Below, in pieces: positions 28,064 through 38,192 of a stretch of DNA of 64,000 bases (the first letter of the stretch is position 1; every line of letters begins with the position of its first letter). The notes under the pieces are model-generated. The model was given only the letters and a program-made list of their open reading frames with translations, had not been told where the DNA came from and searched no databases. Origin of the DNA: Gemmatimonadota bacterium (lineage in GTDB: Bacteria; Gemmatimonadota; Gemmatimonadetes; Gemmatimonadales; Gemmatimonadaceae); NCBI GenBank assembly GCA_020161135.1, contig JAIUOB010000006.1, positions 35,968 to 99,967 on the forward strand, given 5' to 3'. A program made the translations under genes and the position numbers.

Positions 28064-28660
28064 ATGACCGGCTACTCCGATCGCATCAATCACGCGTTCG
28101 CTTTCGCGGCCAAGCACCACGACCAGCAGGTGCGCAAGGGGACGCGACTGCCCTATCTCACGCACCCCGCCAACGTCGCGATCATCCTGACGCGCTACGG
28201 GTGCGCCGAGGAGGTCGTGGTGGCCGGCATCCTGCACGACGTGGTCGAGGACTGCGTGCGCGAGGGGATGACACGTCCGATGCTCGAGGAGCGCATCGGA
28301 CGCAAGTTCGGCGAGGACGTGCTCGGGACGGTGCTCGCGGTCACGCAGCGGCGCGTCGACGACGACGGCCTCGAGTTCTCGGCCGACGAGCGCAAGGCCG
28401 ACTACCTCGCGCGCCTCGCGCAGGCCAGCGACGCCGCGCGGTGGGTGTGCGCCGCCGACAAGGTGCACAACGCCAACGCCATCCTCTCCGACCTGCGGCG
28501 GACGTCGTTCCCCGAGACCGTCTGGGGACGTTTCTCCGCCGGCCGTGACGGCACGGTGCAGTGGTACCGGCGTGTCGCGGACACGCTGCGTGCGATCGGC
28601 TTCACCGCGCCGATCGTCGACGAACTCGACGCCGCCGCGCGCGAGCTCGAGTCAGCCTGA
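28064..28660 (+). CDS. Stand-alone HD-domain protein, RelA/SpoT hydrolase-like (Mesh1/small alarmone hydrolase type)
   Basis: AAKHHDQQVRKGTRLPYLTHP, AGILHDVVED, ADKVHN; no synthetase domain. Confidence 0.8.
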   Translation: MTGYSDRINHAFAFAAKHHDQQVRKGTRLPYLTHPANVAIILTRYGCAEEVVVAGILHDVVEDCVREGMTRPMLEERIGRKFGEDVLGTVLAVTQRRVDDDGLEFSADERKADYLARLAQASDAARWVCAADKVHNANAILSDLRRTSFPETVWGRFSAGRDGTVQWYRRVADTLRAIGFTAPIVDELDAAARELESA

Positions 28661-28712
28661 CATCGGGGAGCGGTGCGGCTCCCCAGTCCCGCATCTTCCA
28701 GGAGATTGTCCG

Positions 28713-30725
28713 ATGCTGTTGCCTCTCGTGAGTGCGTCCCTGTTGCACACCATGGCGGTGTGGCAGCCCCCGACGCGCACGGTGCGTCTCGAAGTGAGCC
28801 CGGCCGATCCGGTCGTGATGGCCGAGGACACGCTGCGTCTGCGGGCGCGCGTCGTCGACGCCAGTGGACAGGCCGTGAGCGGCGCGCAGGTGCGCTTCGT
28901 GGCCGCCGGGGGACGTTTCGAGGGCACCGTCGAACCCGATGGCCTCGTGCGCAGCGGCTCGACCGGCACGCTGCCGGTCACCGTCGTGGCGCAGATTCCC
29001 GGGCAGCCCGCCCTGCAGCAGCGCGTCGAGGTGCGCATGGTGCCGGGTCCGGCCGCGAGCATCACCCTGGCCGCCGCGCCCACGCGCCTGGTGGGTGGGC
29101 AGCGCCTCGCGCTCCTGCCCCGCGTGCGCAGCGCCGCCGGTGATGTGCGCGACGATCGCGTGACGTGGCGCAGCAGCAACCCCGCGGTCGCCGCGGTCGA
29201 CGCCGACGGCCTGGTGGAGGCGCGCGCGGTCGGGCGCGCCGTGCTCACCGGCACGGCCGGCAAGGCGACGGTCACGCACGCCGTGCAGGTGGTCGCGTCG
29301 CGCGTGGGCGCGTTCAGCATCACCCCCACCGCGCGCGACGCGAAGACGGGTGACGTGATCCGTTTCACCGTGAACGCGAAGGATGCCGCGGGCAAGCCGC
29401 TCACCGGCGTGTCGCCCAGTTGGAGCTTCAGCCCCGGGCAGGGCGTCATCGACAGCGACGGCGCATTCACGGGCTACGAGGGTGGCACGTACGTCGTCAC
29501 CGCGACGCTGGGCACGCAGAGCGCCCAGAGCATCATCCGGCTCACGCCGCGTGACGTGCGCCGACCGGCCACCGTGGTGGGGCGCCTGCCGCGCACCGGC
29601 TTCACCACCGAGGAAGTGTGGCTGCACCCGTCGCGTGAGATCGCCTACCTGGGCACCGGCTCCGGCGGCGATCGCATGTACACCATCGACATCACCGACA
29701 AGGCCAAGCCGGTGGTGACCGACAGCATCGTCGAGAACACGCGGCGCGTGAACGACATCATGACGTCGCCCGACGGCAAGCACCTCGTGTTCACGCGCGA
29801 AGGGGCGAGCGATCGCAAGAACGGCATCGTCATCGCCTCGCTCGAGGATCCGCTGCACCCGAAGAAGTGCGCCGACTTCACCGAGGGGCTCACCGGCGGC
29901 GTGCACAGCACGTTCGTGTACCGGCAGGAGAAGTACGGCACGCACATCTACCTCACGAATGACGGCACGGGCGCCATTCACGTCATCGACTGGAACGACC
30001 CGTGCAAGCCGAAGACGGCGGCCGTGTGGAAGACGCCGCGCCCCGACGCCGGCCGCTCGCTGCACGACATCGATGTGCAGGATGGGCTCGCGTACCTCAG
30101 CTACTGGAACGACGGCCTGGTCATCCTCGACATCGGCAACGGCATCAAGGGCGGCTCGCCCAGCAACCCGCAGGTCGTGTCGCAATACAAGTACGACCTC
30201 AACGATCTCTACCGGCAGGTCGAAGCGGCCGGCGGCCCCGGCTTCATCCGCGGCACGCATACCGCGTGGCGTCACAAGAACTACGTGTTCATCGCCGACG
30301 AAGTGTTCCCGTCGTCGCCGGTGAAGGGCGCGAAGGACGCGTCGGCCGGCCGCGCGTATGGTCGCCTGCAGGTGATCGACGTGAGTGACATCAGCGCGCC
30401 GCGCAGCGTGGCCTTCTACGAGCCCGAGTACGGCGGTGTGCACAACGTGTGGGTGGCCGGCGACACGCTGTACATGGGTGCCTACAACGCCGGCTTCCGC
30501 GCCTTCGACATCAGCGGCGAGTTGCGCGGCGACCTGCGCGCGCAGCAGCGCGAGATGGTGCACGTCAACACCGCCGACATGGACGGCTTCGTGAAGAATG
30601 CCGCCATGACGTGGGGCGTGGTGGTGCGCAACGGCCTCGCGTACGTGAACGACATGTACAACGGCCTCTGGATCGTGCGCATGGAGCCCAAGCCCGATCC
30701 GAAGAAGGCCACCATCGTCCCGTGA
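28713..30725 (+). CDS. Exported protein with Ig-like (Big) domains and an LVIVD-repeat beta-propeller
   Basis: VTWRSSNPAVAAVDADGLVEA (Ig-like); LHDIDVQDGLAYLSYWNDGLVILDI and VHNVWVAGDTLYMGAYNAGFRAFDI (LVIVD-like). Confidence 0.8.
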   Translation: MLLPLVSASLLHTMAVWQPPTRTVRLEVSPADPVVMAEDTLRLRARVVDASGQAVSGAQVRFVAAGGRFEGTVEPDGLVRSGSTGTLPVTVVAQIPGQPALQQRVEVRMVPGPAASITLAAAPTRLVGGQRLALLPRVRSAAGDVRDDRVTWRSSNPAVAAVDADGLVEARAVGRAVLTGTAGKATVTHAVQVVASRVGAFSITPTARDAKTGDVIRFTVNAKDAAGKPLTGVSPSWSFSPGQGVIDSDGAFTGYEGGTYVVTATLGTQSAQSIIRLTPRDVRRPATVVGRLPRTGFTTEEVWLHPSREIAYLGTGSGGDRMYTIDITDKAKPVVTDSIVENTRRVNDIMTSPDGKHLVFTREGASDRKNGIVIASLEDPLHPKKCADFTEGLTGGVHSTFVYRQEKYGTHIYLTNDGTGAIHVIDWNDPCKPKTAAVWKTPRPDAGRSLHDIDVQDGLAYLSYWNDGLVILDIGNGIKGGSPSNPQVVSQYKYDLNDLYRQVEAAGGPGFIRGTHTAWRHKNYVFIADEVFPSSPVKGAKDASAGRAYGRLQVIDVSDISAPRSVAFYEPEYGGVHNVWVAGDTLYMGAYNAGFRAFDISGELRGDLRAQQREMVHVNTADMDGFVKNAAMTWGVVVRNGLAYVNDMYNGLWIVRMEPKPDPKKATIVP

Positions 30726-31888
30726 CGCGCGCGCTGGTGTTCCGGAGCCTGCGGGCGGTGGCGCTGGGTGTCGCCACCGCCACCGCACTCCCTGCACAGA
30801 ACCCGACCACCACGTACACCGCGCTCGTCGCGAGTGAATCGGTCGATCGCGTCGCCGTGGTCGCGTTCGGGCCGCAGGGCGCGCGCGTCGTGCGCCAGCA
30901 CGAGGTGGGCGTCATGCTCGCCGACCCCGACGGCCCGCACGGCGTAGCCGTCGACCCGGCCGGGCGCTTCTACTACGTGACGACCGCACACGGCACCCCG
31001 TATGGCGTGCTGTGGAAGTTCGATGCGCGCACCAACGCGTACGCCGGGCAGGTCATGCTCGGCAACTTTCCCGCCACGGCGCAGGTGAGTCCCGACGGGT
31101 CGAAGGTCGTCGTGGTGAACTTCAACCTGCACGGCGACATGGTGGCCAGCGACGTGAGCGTCGTGCGCACCGACAGCGTGGCACCGCTGCAGGAGATCGC
31201 GCGCATCACCACCTGCGCCATGCCGCACGGCTCGCGCATCGACCGCACCGGCACGCGGCACTACAGCGCGTGCATGATGGACGACATGCTCGTCGAGATC
31301 GACCTCGACGGCCTGCAGGTGGCGCGGCACTTCCGGCTCACGAAGGGCGCCGAGCAGGGGATGCCCGGGGCGCCGCCCGTGCGCGGCGCGAACGCGCATG
31401 CCGGCCACGACATGAGTGGCCACGGCATGACGCAACCTGCCGCCGGCAGCACCACCTGCTCGCCGACGTGGGCGCAGCCCAGCCCGGACGGACGTACCGT
31501 GTGGGCGGCGTGCAACGGCACGAGCGACCTCGTCGAGATCGACGTCGCGTCGTGGACCCTGCGCCGCCGCATACCCGCAGGCAACGGGGTGTACAACCTC
31601 GCTGTGACGCGTGACGGTGCGCTGCTGGTGGCCACCAACAAGCGCGGACAGAGCGTGTCGCTTATCGACACGAAGAGCGGGGCCACGCTGGCCACGCTCC
31701 CCACCCAGCGCCGCGTCGTGCACGGCGTCGCCATCACGCACGACGACCGCTACGCGTTCATCTCCGTCGAGGGCGTCGGCAGCGAACCCGGCACCGTGGA
31801 GATCATCGACCTCGTCGCGCGAAAGACCGTGGCGCGTGTCGATGTCGGCCAGCAGGCCGGCGGCATCGACGTCCTGCCGCCGGGGTGA
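30722..31888 (+). CDS. Exported YVTN/YncE-like beta-propeller with His/Met-rich insert
   Basis: GTG overlaps the upstream TGA; repeats GPHGVAVDPAG, SPDGSKVVV, SPDGRTVWAA, AVTRDG, VHGVAITHDD. Confidence 0.8.
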   Translation: MTRALVFRSLRAVALGVATATALPAQNPTTTYTALVASESVDRVAVVAFGPQGARVVRQHEVGVMLADPDGPHGVAVDPAGRFYYVTTAHGTPYGVLWKFDARTNAYAGQVMLGNFPATAQVSPDGSKVVVVNFNLHGDMVASDVSVVRTDSVAPLQEIARITTCAMPHGSRIDRTGTRHYSACMMDDMLVEIDLDGLQVARHFRLTKGAEQGMPGAPPVRGANAHAGHDMSGHGMTQPAAGSTTCSPTWAQPSPDGRTVWAACNGTSDLVEIDVASWTLRRRIPAGNGVYNLAVTRDGALLVATNKRGQSVSLIDTKSGATLATLPTQRRVVHGVAITHDDRYAFISVEGVGSEPGTVEIIDLVARKTVARVDVGQQAGGIDVLPPG

Positions 31889-31927
31889 GTCGCGGGCGGC
31901 GCGGCCACAGGCGCGCCCGCCGAGGCG

Positions 31928-33157
31928 TCACGCCGTCGCGTACGTCCGCGTCACGTAGTCGTCGAGGATGCCGAGGAACTCCGCGACGATCGCGTCCCCC
32001 TTGAGCGTCGTGAGCAGCTTGCCGTCCACGTACACCGGCGCCTTGGGCTCCTCGAACGTGCCCGGCAGCGAGATGCCGATGTTCGCATGCTTGCTCTCGC
32101 CCGGCCCGTTCACGACGCACCCCATCACCGCGACCTTCATGTCCACCACGCCGGGCCGTGTGGCGCGCCACACGGGCATCTGCTCGCGCAGGTAGCCCTG
32201 GATGTCCTCCGCCATGTGCTGGAAGAACGTGCTCGTCGTGCGGCCGCATCCGGGGCACGCCGTCACCTGCGGTGCGAACGACCGGAGTCCCAGCGACTGC
32301 AGGATCTGCTGCGCCACGAACACTTCCTCGCGCCGGTCGCCATTGGGCTTCGGCGTGAGCGACACGCGAATCGTGTCGCCGAGCCCCTCGCTCAGCAGAA
32401 TGGACAGCGCGGCGGTGGAGGCGATGACCCCCTTGTTGCCCATCCCCGCCTCGGTGAGGCCGAGGTGCAGCGGATAGTCGCAGCGCGCGGCCAGCAGGCG
32501 ATAGCACGCCACGAGGTCCTGCACCACCGAGATCTTCGCGCTCACGATGATGCGATCGTGCGGCAGCCCCACCTCCTCGGCCAGCGCCGCACTGCGCAGC
32601 GCACTCTCCAGCATCGCGTCCATGTAGACGTCCTTCGCGTCACGCGGCTCGGCGGCGCGCGCATTGGCGTCCATCATGTCCGTGAGCAGCGCCTGGTCGA
32701 GCGACCCCCAGTTCACGCCGATGCGCACGGGCTTGCCATGATCGATGGCCGCCTGGATGATCCTCGTGAAGTTCGTGTCGCGGTGCTTCGTGCCGACGTT
32801 GCCGGGGTTGATGCGGTACTTGTCGAGTGCCGCCGCCGCTGCCGGATACTTCGTGAGCAGCAGGTGGCCGTTGTAGTGGAAGTCGCCGATGAGCGGCACG
32901 TCGAGTCCGCGATCGGTCAGCCGCTGGCGGATCTCCGGGACCGCCTGGGCGGCCTCGTCGTTGTTGACGGTGATGCGCACCTTCTGCGACCCCGCCTCGT
33001 ACAGGGCGGCGACCTGATCGGCGGTCGCGGCGGCGTCGGCCGTATCGGTGTTCGTCATCGACTGCACGACAATGGGCGACGACGAGCCGACGGCGACGTC
33101 GCGCACCCGCACGGTCACGGTGGGGCGGCGTGCACCGAAGGCGGCAACTGGCTTCAC
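31928..33157 (-). CDS. ispG: (E)-4-hydroxy-3-methylbut-2-enyl-diphosphate synthase
   Basis: [69 protein letters not shown]. Confidence 0.96.
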   Translation of the reverse strand: MKPVAAFGARRPTVTVRVRDVAVGSSSPIVVQSMTNTDTADAAATADQVAALYEAGSQKVRITVNNDEAAQAVPEIRQRLTDRGLDVPLIGDFHYNGHLLLTKYPAAAAALDKYRINPGNVGTKHRDTNFTRIIQAAIDHGKPVRIGVNWGSLDQALLTDMMDANARAAEPRDAKDVYMDAMLESALRSAALAEEVGLPHDRIIVSAKISVVQDLVACYRLLAARCDYPLHLGLTEAGMGNKGVIASTAALSILLSEGLGDTIRVSLTPKPNGDRREEVFVAQQILQSLGLRSFAPQVTACPGCGRTTSTFFQHMAEDIQGYLREQMPVWRATRPGVVDMKVAVMGCVVNGPGESKHANIGISLPGTFEEPKAPVYVDGKLLTTLKGDAIVAEFLGILDDYVTRTYATA

Positions 33158-33228
33158 GGGAACGACCTCGGGTTGGACAGGGTAGCTCAAGCTAGCGGGT
33201 CCCCCGCGAACACCCCAAGTTCCGCCGC

Positions 33229-33702
33229 ATGGACGACACCACGACACCGATGGCGGAACCCCCCTCACCCGACGACCCCGCGCCCGAGCGTGCCGAGGTC
33301 GCCGCACCGACACCACCCCGCCGGGGATTCTTCCGCCGGCACTGGCTGGGCACCACGCTCACGACGCTGCTCGGCCTGCCGGTCCTCGTCCTCACGGTGT
33401 GGACGGTCGTCGCACTGTCATGGAGCTATTCCACCGGCAAGCGTGCCGGCTACGTGCAGAAGATGTCCCGCAAGGGATGGCTGTGCAAAACGTGGGAAGG
33501 CACGCTCTACACCGACATCGCCCGCGGCTTTCGGGCCGACAGCTTCGTCTTCACGGTCCGCAGCGACTCGCTCGCCCACGCTATCGAGGCACTCAGCGGC
33601 AAGCGCGTCGCGGTCGACTACCAGCAGCACATCGGCGTCCCCACGTCGTGCTTCGGTGACACCGAGTACTTCGTCGTGGGCGTGCGCGCGCTGACCGAAT
33701 AG
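33229..33702 (+). CDS. Conserved-looking hypothetical single-TM protein
   Basis: One TM segment then [25 protein letters not shown] and CFGDTEYFV. Confidence 0.72.
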   Translation: MDDTTTPMAEPPSPDDPAPERAEVAAPTPPRRGFFRRHWLGTTLTTLLGLPVLVLTVWTVVALSWSYSTGKRAGYVQKMSRKGWLCKTWEGTLYTDIARGFRADSFVFTVRSDSLAHAIEALSGKRVAVDYQQHIGVPTSCFGDTEYFVVGVRALTE

Positions 33703-33746
33703 GGCGGCGCCGAAGCGATTTCCCCTTCACCGACATCGAGGTTCGT

Positions 33747-34298
33747 ATGCATCGTATGCGCCAGTTGGCCGTCACCCTCGCGGCGACCGCCTCCCTTGCC
33801 ACCTTCACCACGCTCGCCTCCGCGCAGGAGGCCAAGGTCGTCCGCTTCGGCGTGAGCGGCGGGCTCTCCCTCCCCATGGGCGATCTGGGCAAGAGCACCG
33901 ACGCCGGCTACGTGATCGCCGGCCACCTCTGGGCCAAGCCCAACGCCACGAAGGCGCTCAGCTTCCGCGGTGACGTGAGCTTCGACCAGTGGAACTTCTC
34001 CAATGGCGCGGACGCCTCCTGGAAGGCGCTCGGCTTCATCGCGAACGGCATCTTCGAGGTGCCCACGGCCTCCGGCAAGACCACGCAGCCGTACCTGCTC
34101 GCCGGTGTCGGCCTCTTCTCGCAGCGCTACACGCTGCTCAATCGCAACTACGACGACTCCGACGTGGCCATCCAGGCCGGCGGTGGCCTGACCTTCCGCC
34201 TGTCCGGCTTCGACACCTTCGTCGAGGCGAAGGTCGTCAACGTCTTCGCGACCCAGAGCAGCACCTGGGTGCCGATCACCTTCGGGGTCCGCTTCTAG
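33747..34298 (+). CDS. Outer-membrane beta-barrel protein (8-stranded OmpA/OmpW-like)
   Basis: Signal peptide ending ASAQ, alternating beta strands, QPYLLAGVG, C-terminal TFGVRF. Confidence 0.8.
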   Translation: MHRMRQLAVTLAATASLATFTTLASAQEAKVVRFGVSGGLSLPMGDLGKSTDAGYVIAGHLWAKPNATKALSFRGDVSFDQWNFSNGADASWKALGFIANGIFEVPTASGKTTQPYLLAGVGLFSQRYTLLNRNYDDSDVAIQAGGGLTFRLSGFDTFVEAKVVNVFATQSSTWVPITFGVRF

Positions 34299-34341
34299 AC
34301 CCGGCCTTCGCACGCACGGCCCAGCAGGGCCTGCAGGCAGG

Positions 34342-34382
34342 GAGCGCGCGCGCCACGGTGTCCTCACGTGGCGCGCGCGTTC
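34342..34382 (+). terminator. Hairpin after the OMP gene
   Basis: 16-bp stem GAGCGCGCGCGCCACG / CGTGGCGCGCGCGTTC (one G-U), 9-nt loop. Confidence 0.5.
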
Positions 34383-34393
34383 ATCTTTCGGCC

Positions 34394-35695
34394 ATGGCCG
34401 ATCCCATCGTGATTGTCGGTGCTGGTGTGGCCGGACTGTGTGCGGCCCGCACCCTCGAGCGCGCCGGCCGTTCGGTGCTCCTCCTCGACGCGGCGCCCGA
34501 GCCCGGTGGCCGTGTGCGCAGCACCGTCGTCGACGGCTTCACCCTCGACCACGGCTTCCAGGTCCTGTTCACGGCGTATCCGACACTCGGACGCTTCCTC
34601 GACCTGCCGGCGCTCGCGCCGCGTCGCTTCCTGCCCGCCGCCCGCATCGCGCGCGACGGCCGCGTCAGCTTCGTGGGCGACATCCGTCGCGACCCGACGC
34701 TGCTCCCCGAGCTGCTGCGCGCACCCGCGGTCGGCGTGGTCGATGCGCTGCGCCTCTTCGCGCTCCAGCGCGCGGCGCAGCGCGGCACCATCGACGAAGT
34801 CTTCGCCTCCAGCGTCGCGCGACGCGGCGCCCGCGATTTCCTGGCCGAGCGTGGCTTCTCCGACGACACCATCGCCGGTCTCTTCGCGCCGTTCTACGGA
34901 GGCATCCTGCTCGATCGCTCCCTCGCGACCAGCGCCGCCGTGCTGCTCTTCACCTTCCGTATGCTGGCCGAGGGGGACACCGTGGTGCCGTCAGCGGGGA
35001 TGGGCGCGCTGTCGCGGCAGATCGCGAGTGGGTTGCGCCCCGGCACGCTGCGTTGCGGCGTGCGGGTCGCGTCGCTCGTCGTGCAGGAGGGCGCCGTGTG
35101 CGGCGTGCGGCTCGACGACGGCTCGGTGCTCGACGCGGCGCACGTGGTGCTCGCCACGGACGCCCCCACGGCCGCGACGCTCGCCGCCACCGCGGGCATC
35201 GACGCGGGCCCCGTGCCCGACGCGCGCGGGTGCACGACGGTCTACTTCACGGCGCGGCGCACCCCCGTGCCCGGCCGCGCGCTGTGGCTGAATGCCGCGG
35301 CCGACGCGACGATCAGCCACGCCGTCACCATGACCGACGTGGCGCCCAGTTATGCGCCCGCCGGCCGCGCGCTCATCGCGGCCACCGCCGTGGGTGACGC
35401 CGCCGATCTCGACGACAGCACCCTCGAGACCCGCGCCCGACGCGAGCTGCTGCAGATGGGGCGGCTCAGCGACACGGAGGCCGGCCTCGAACGGCTCGCC
35501 ATCTGGCGCATCCCCTTCGCGCAGGCCGCGCAGCCCCCGGGCTTCGCGGAACACCGCCCCTCGGTGGCGTGTGGTATCCCAGGGCTCTGGCGCGCGAGCG
35601 AGGTGCTGCACAGCAGCTCGCTCGAAGGCGCCGCGCGCGGCGCGCTGGCCGCGGCGGAGGCCCTGCTCACTCTCCCCAACCAGGACCCTACATGA
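34394..35695 (+). CDS. FAD-dependent oxidoreductase (amine oxidase / phytoene desaturase-like superfamily)
   Basis: IVGAGVAGL dinucleotide-binding motif, GGRVRS, FTLDHGFQVLFTAYP, SSLEGAARG. Confidence 0.85.
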   Translation: MADPIVIVGAGVAGLCAARTLERAGRSVLLLDAAPEPGGRVRSTVVDGFTLDHGFQVLFTAYPTLGRFLDLPALAPRRFLPAARIARDGRVSFVGDIRRDPTLLPELLRAPAVGVVDALRLFALQRAAQRGTIDEVFASSVARRGARDFLAERGFSDDTIAGLFAPFYGGILLDRSLATSAAVLLFTFRMLAEGDTVVPSAGMGALSRQIASGLRPGTLRCGVRVASLVVQEGAVCGVRLDDGSVLDAAHVVLATDAPTAATLAATAGIDAGPVPDARGCTTVYFTARRTPVPGRALWLNAAADATISHAVTMTDVAPSYAPAGRALIAATAVGDAADLDDSTLETRARRELLQMGRLSDTEAGLERLAIWRIPFAQAAQPPGFAEHRPSVACGIPGLWRASEVLHSSSLEGAARGALAAAEALLTLPNQDPT

Positions 35696-36294
35696 CTTCC
35701 CCTTTCCCGGCGCCGCGCCGAGCGCGGACGATCGCGCTCGCGGTCGCCCTCGTGGGCGCGGCCGGCGTGCTGACACCGGTGGGGGCGCAGACGCTCGGCG
35801 CCCAGACCGGCAACGCGCCGTCCGAAGCCCGGCAGGTCATTTCCATCAATCCGTTCCTCCCCATCCTGGGCTACTTCCAGGGGGAGTACGAGCGGCGCCT
35901 CGACGACAACGTCGCGTTCGCGATTGCCGGCTCGTACATGCGCTTTGACGACTACTACACGAACGTCGACGCCAAGGTGCGCCTTTATCCGCAGGAACGC
36001 GGCCTGCACGGGGTGGGCGTGGCCGCCGGGCTGGGGTACGGCATCGTGCGGCGCCGCAACACCTACTACTGCGATCCCATCGAGTTCTCGTGCGAGGACA
36101 CGCAGAAGCGGACGGTGTCCGCCCCCACCTTCTCGGTGGAGGCGCACTACCAGTGGCTGCTGGGGGCGCGACGGGCCACGGCCGTGGCGGTGGGCGGCGG
36201 CGTGAAGCGTTACTTTATCGGCGACCGCGATGCCAACGGCATCGAGCGGATCCTGCCGACGATGCGCCTCACCATCGGCTATGCCTTCCGGTAG
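35692..36294 (+). CDS. Hypothetical exported, probably outer-membrane beta-barrel protein
   Basis: Signal peptide, ISINP then alternating strands, ends IGYAFR. Confidence 0.65.
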   Translation: MTSPFPAPRRARTIALAVALVGAAGVLTPVGAQTLGAQTGNAPSEARQVISINPFLPILGYFQGEYERRLDDNVAFAIAGSYMRFDDYYTNVDAKVRLYPQERGLHGVGVAAGLGYGIVRRRNTYYCDPIEFSCEDTQKRTVSAPTFSVEAHYQWLLGARRATAVAVGGGVKRYFIGDRDANGIERILPTMRLTIGYAFR

Positions 36295-38110
36295 CACCCT
36301 GCGCGCCGCGCACCGATGCGCGGCGTTCCTGTTCGCCCTCGCCCTGCTGCACCCCGCCCGCCTGGACGCCCAGGCGGCGCCGCGTGTTGGCCGCATCGTG
36401 GCGCTGGCCATCAGCCCCACCTTCCCCGATGTCGTCGCAGTCGAGCGCCGCGTCGCCGCCGACGCGCAGGAGCTCGAACTCCGGCGCCTCTCCGCCGCAG
36501 GCAGCACGCCGGTGCGACGCACGCCGGCACTCCTGGCCACACCGCTGGTGCCCGCGGGGTCGCACGACCCGCCGGTGCGGCGCTACAGTGGGGATCTCGA
36601 TTGGCGTCCCGTCGTGGGGGGCGATGCGCACTGGTTCGCCTACGTCAGCGGTGAGCCCGACGGGCTCCACGTGCGCATCAACTACGTCCAGGGCGACGGC
36701 ACCCTCGGCATGACGACGCCGCTCGCGTTGCCGGGTGACCCGCGCTCGTCGGCGCCACGCTGGTCCCCCGATGGCCGTCATCTCACCTTCGTCTCCGACA
36801 GCGGCACCCTCGTCATCGCCGCCGATGTCGATCGCCTGCTTCGGGGCGATGCGCTGCCGCCGCAACTCACGCGGGTCACCGCGGCCGGTGTCGCGGTGCG
36901 AGCGCCGGCCTGGTCACCGCGCGGCGGCTTCATCGCATTCGAAAGTGAACGCACGGTGCGTGGTGCCCTGCGTCATGTCATCGACGTCGTCGCCGTCGAT
37001 CGCATCACCGGGACCCCGCTGGGCATTCCGGTCACCGTCGCCGCGCTGGTCACCGAGAACGCCTTCCGCCCTTCGTGGAGCCCCGACGATGCGTTCGTGG
37101 CCTTCTACGTCGATCAGGGCAGTGGCGACGATGTCACGCCGGGCATCGGGGTGGCGGAGCTGCTGCGCGACGCCAACACCGGCGCGCTCATCGGCGGTGA
37201 GGTGAAGCAGGGACGCCGCTCGCGTCGGCTTGCGGAAGCGGTGCAGGCGAACGAGTCGCGCGGCCCGCTCTGGACGCGCTTCGAGGGCGAAGCCATCAGC
37301 GGCGGACGCCGTCCGTTGCCGGGGCTCGTGTTCGCCGCGCACGATCCCGCGCGTGGACAGCCGGTCTCCTTCGTCACGCTCGAGCGATGGCTCGACAATC
37401 GCACCGCCGCCGAGGTGAGCACCGAGCTCTCGGCGCCATGGGACAGCCGCGAGCACACGGCGCTCTCCATCGTCGAGGGCGCGCAGCGACTGCGCATCGC
37501 CTACGCCGTGCCACAGCCCACCGGCGACGTCCTGCGCACGCGCGAACTGCTGGCGGAGTGGGCCATCGCAGGTGTGCCCATCGATGATGCGTCTCCGCGT
37601 CGTGTCGCGGAGACGCCGTCCGCCGCCGCCGCCGACCGCGCGACGTCACCGGAACGCGGCAACACACGCAATGCGCGCAGCACCAACGCCGACACCGCCC
37701 GCGACCCCGGCAGCGACGACCGTGCCGTGGCGGTGCGCAGTGCCGCAGGCCGCGGGCGCTCGTTCGGGGGCCACCTCGTCGACCTCTTCCCTGCCTACAT
37801 GCAGATGCGGCAGGGGCGTCCGCTCAGTGCATTCCTCGTGCTCGGCGCGGGGGCGGCGGCGGGGCTGTACATGGCTACCGGCATGAACTTCCCCGAAGGC
37901 AAGAGTCGCCCCTGGGCGTTCGAGATCGACTCGACGAACACCAATGCGATCGTCGGCCTCGCGGCGGGATCCACCGTGTGGCTGCTGGGTCAGCTCGACG
38001 GATGGCGCGTCGATCGCCAACGCGCGCGCGTGGGCTTCTCCATGGCACCGGTCGTGCAGCCGGGACGTGGCATGGGCGCCGTGGCGCACCTGCGCATCGC
38101 CTATCGCTGA
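36281..38110 (+). CDS. Exported PD40/TolB-like repeat protein with C-terminal hydrophobic segments
   Basis: Signal peptide ending LDAQ; PRWSPDG, PAWSPRG, PSWSPDD repeats; two hydrophobic helices near the C-terminus. Start uncertain. Confidence 0.65.
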   Translation: MPSGSTLRAAHRCAAFLFALALLHPARLDAQAAPRVGRIVALAISPTFPDVVAVERRVAADAQELELRRLSAAGSTPVRRTPALLATPLVPAGSHDPPVRRYSGDLDWRPVVGGDAHWFAYVSGEPDGLHVRINYVQGDGTLGMTTPLALPGDPRSSAPRWSPDGRHLTFVSDSGTLVIAADVDRLLRGDALPPQLTRVTAAGVAVRAPAWSPRGGFIAFESERTVRGALRHVIDVVAVDRITGTPLGIPVTVAALVTENAFRPSWSPDDAFVAFYVDQGSGDDVTPGIGVAELLRDANTGALIGGEVKQGRRSRRLAEAVQANESRGPLWTRFEGEAISGGRRPLPGLVFAAHDPARGQPVSFVTLERWLDNRTAAEVSTELSAPWDSREHTALSIVEGAQRLRIAYAVPQPTGDVLRTRELLAEWAIAGVPIDDASPRRVAETPSAAAADRATSPERGNTRNARSTNADTARDPGSDDRAVAVRSAAGRGRSFGGHLVDLFPAYMQMRQGRPLSAFLVLGAGAAAGLYMATGMNFPEGKSRPWAFEIDSTNTNAIVGLAAGSTVWLLGQLDGWRVDRQRARVGFSMAPVVQPGRGMGAVAHLRIAYR

Positions 38111-38113
38111 ATG

Positions 38114-38147
38114 ACGAACGCCGACGCGCAGGCGCGTCGGCGTTCGT
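38114..38147. terminator. Hairpin between convergent genes
   Basis: ACGAACGCCGACGCGC / GCGCGTCGGCGTTCGT, 16-bp perfect inverted repeat. Confidence 0.6.
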
Positions 38148-38192
38148 GCGGGGCCGCCAGGCGGCCCCGCGACATCATGACCGCAGAACCGG

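Noticed and set aside
28602-30797. 731-aa minus-strand ORF
   Set aside because: Antisense to the LVIVD-repeat gene; no independent protein features.
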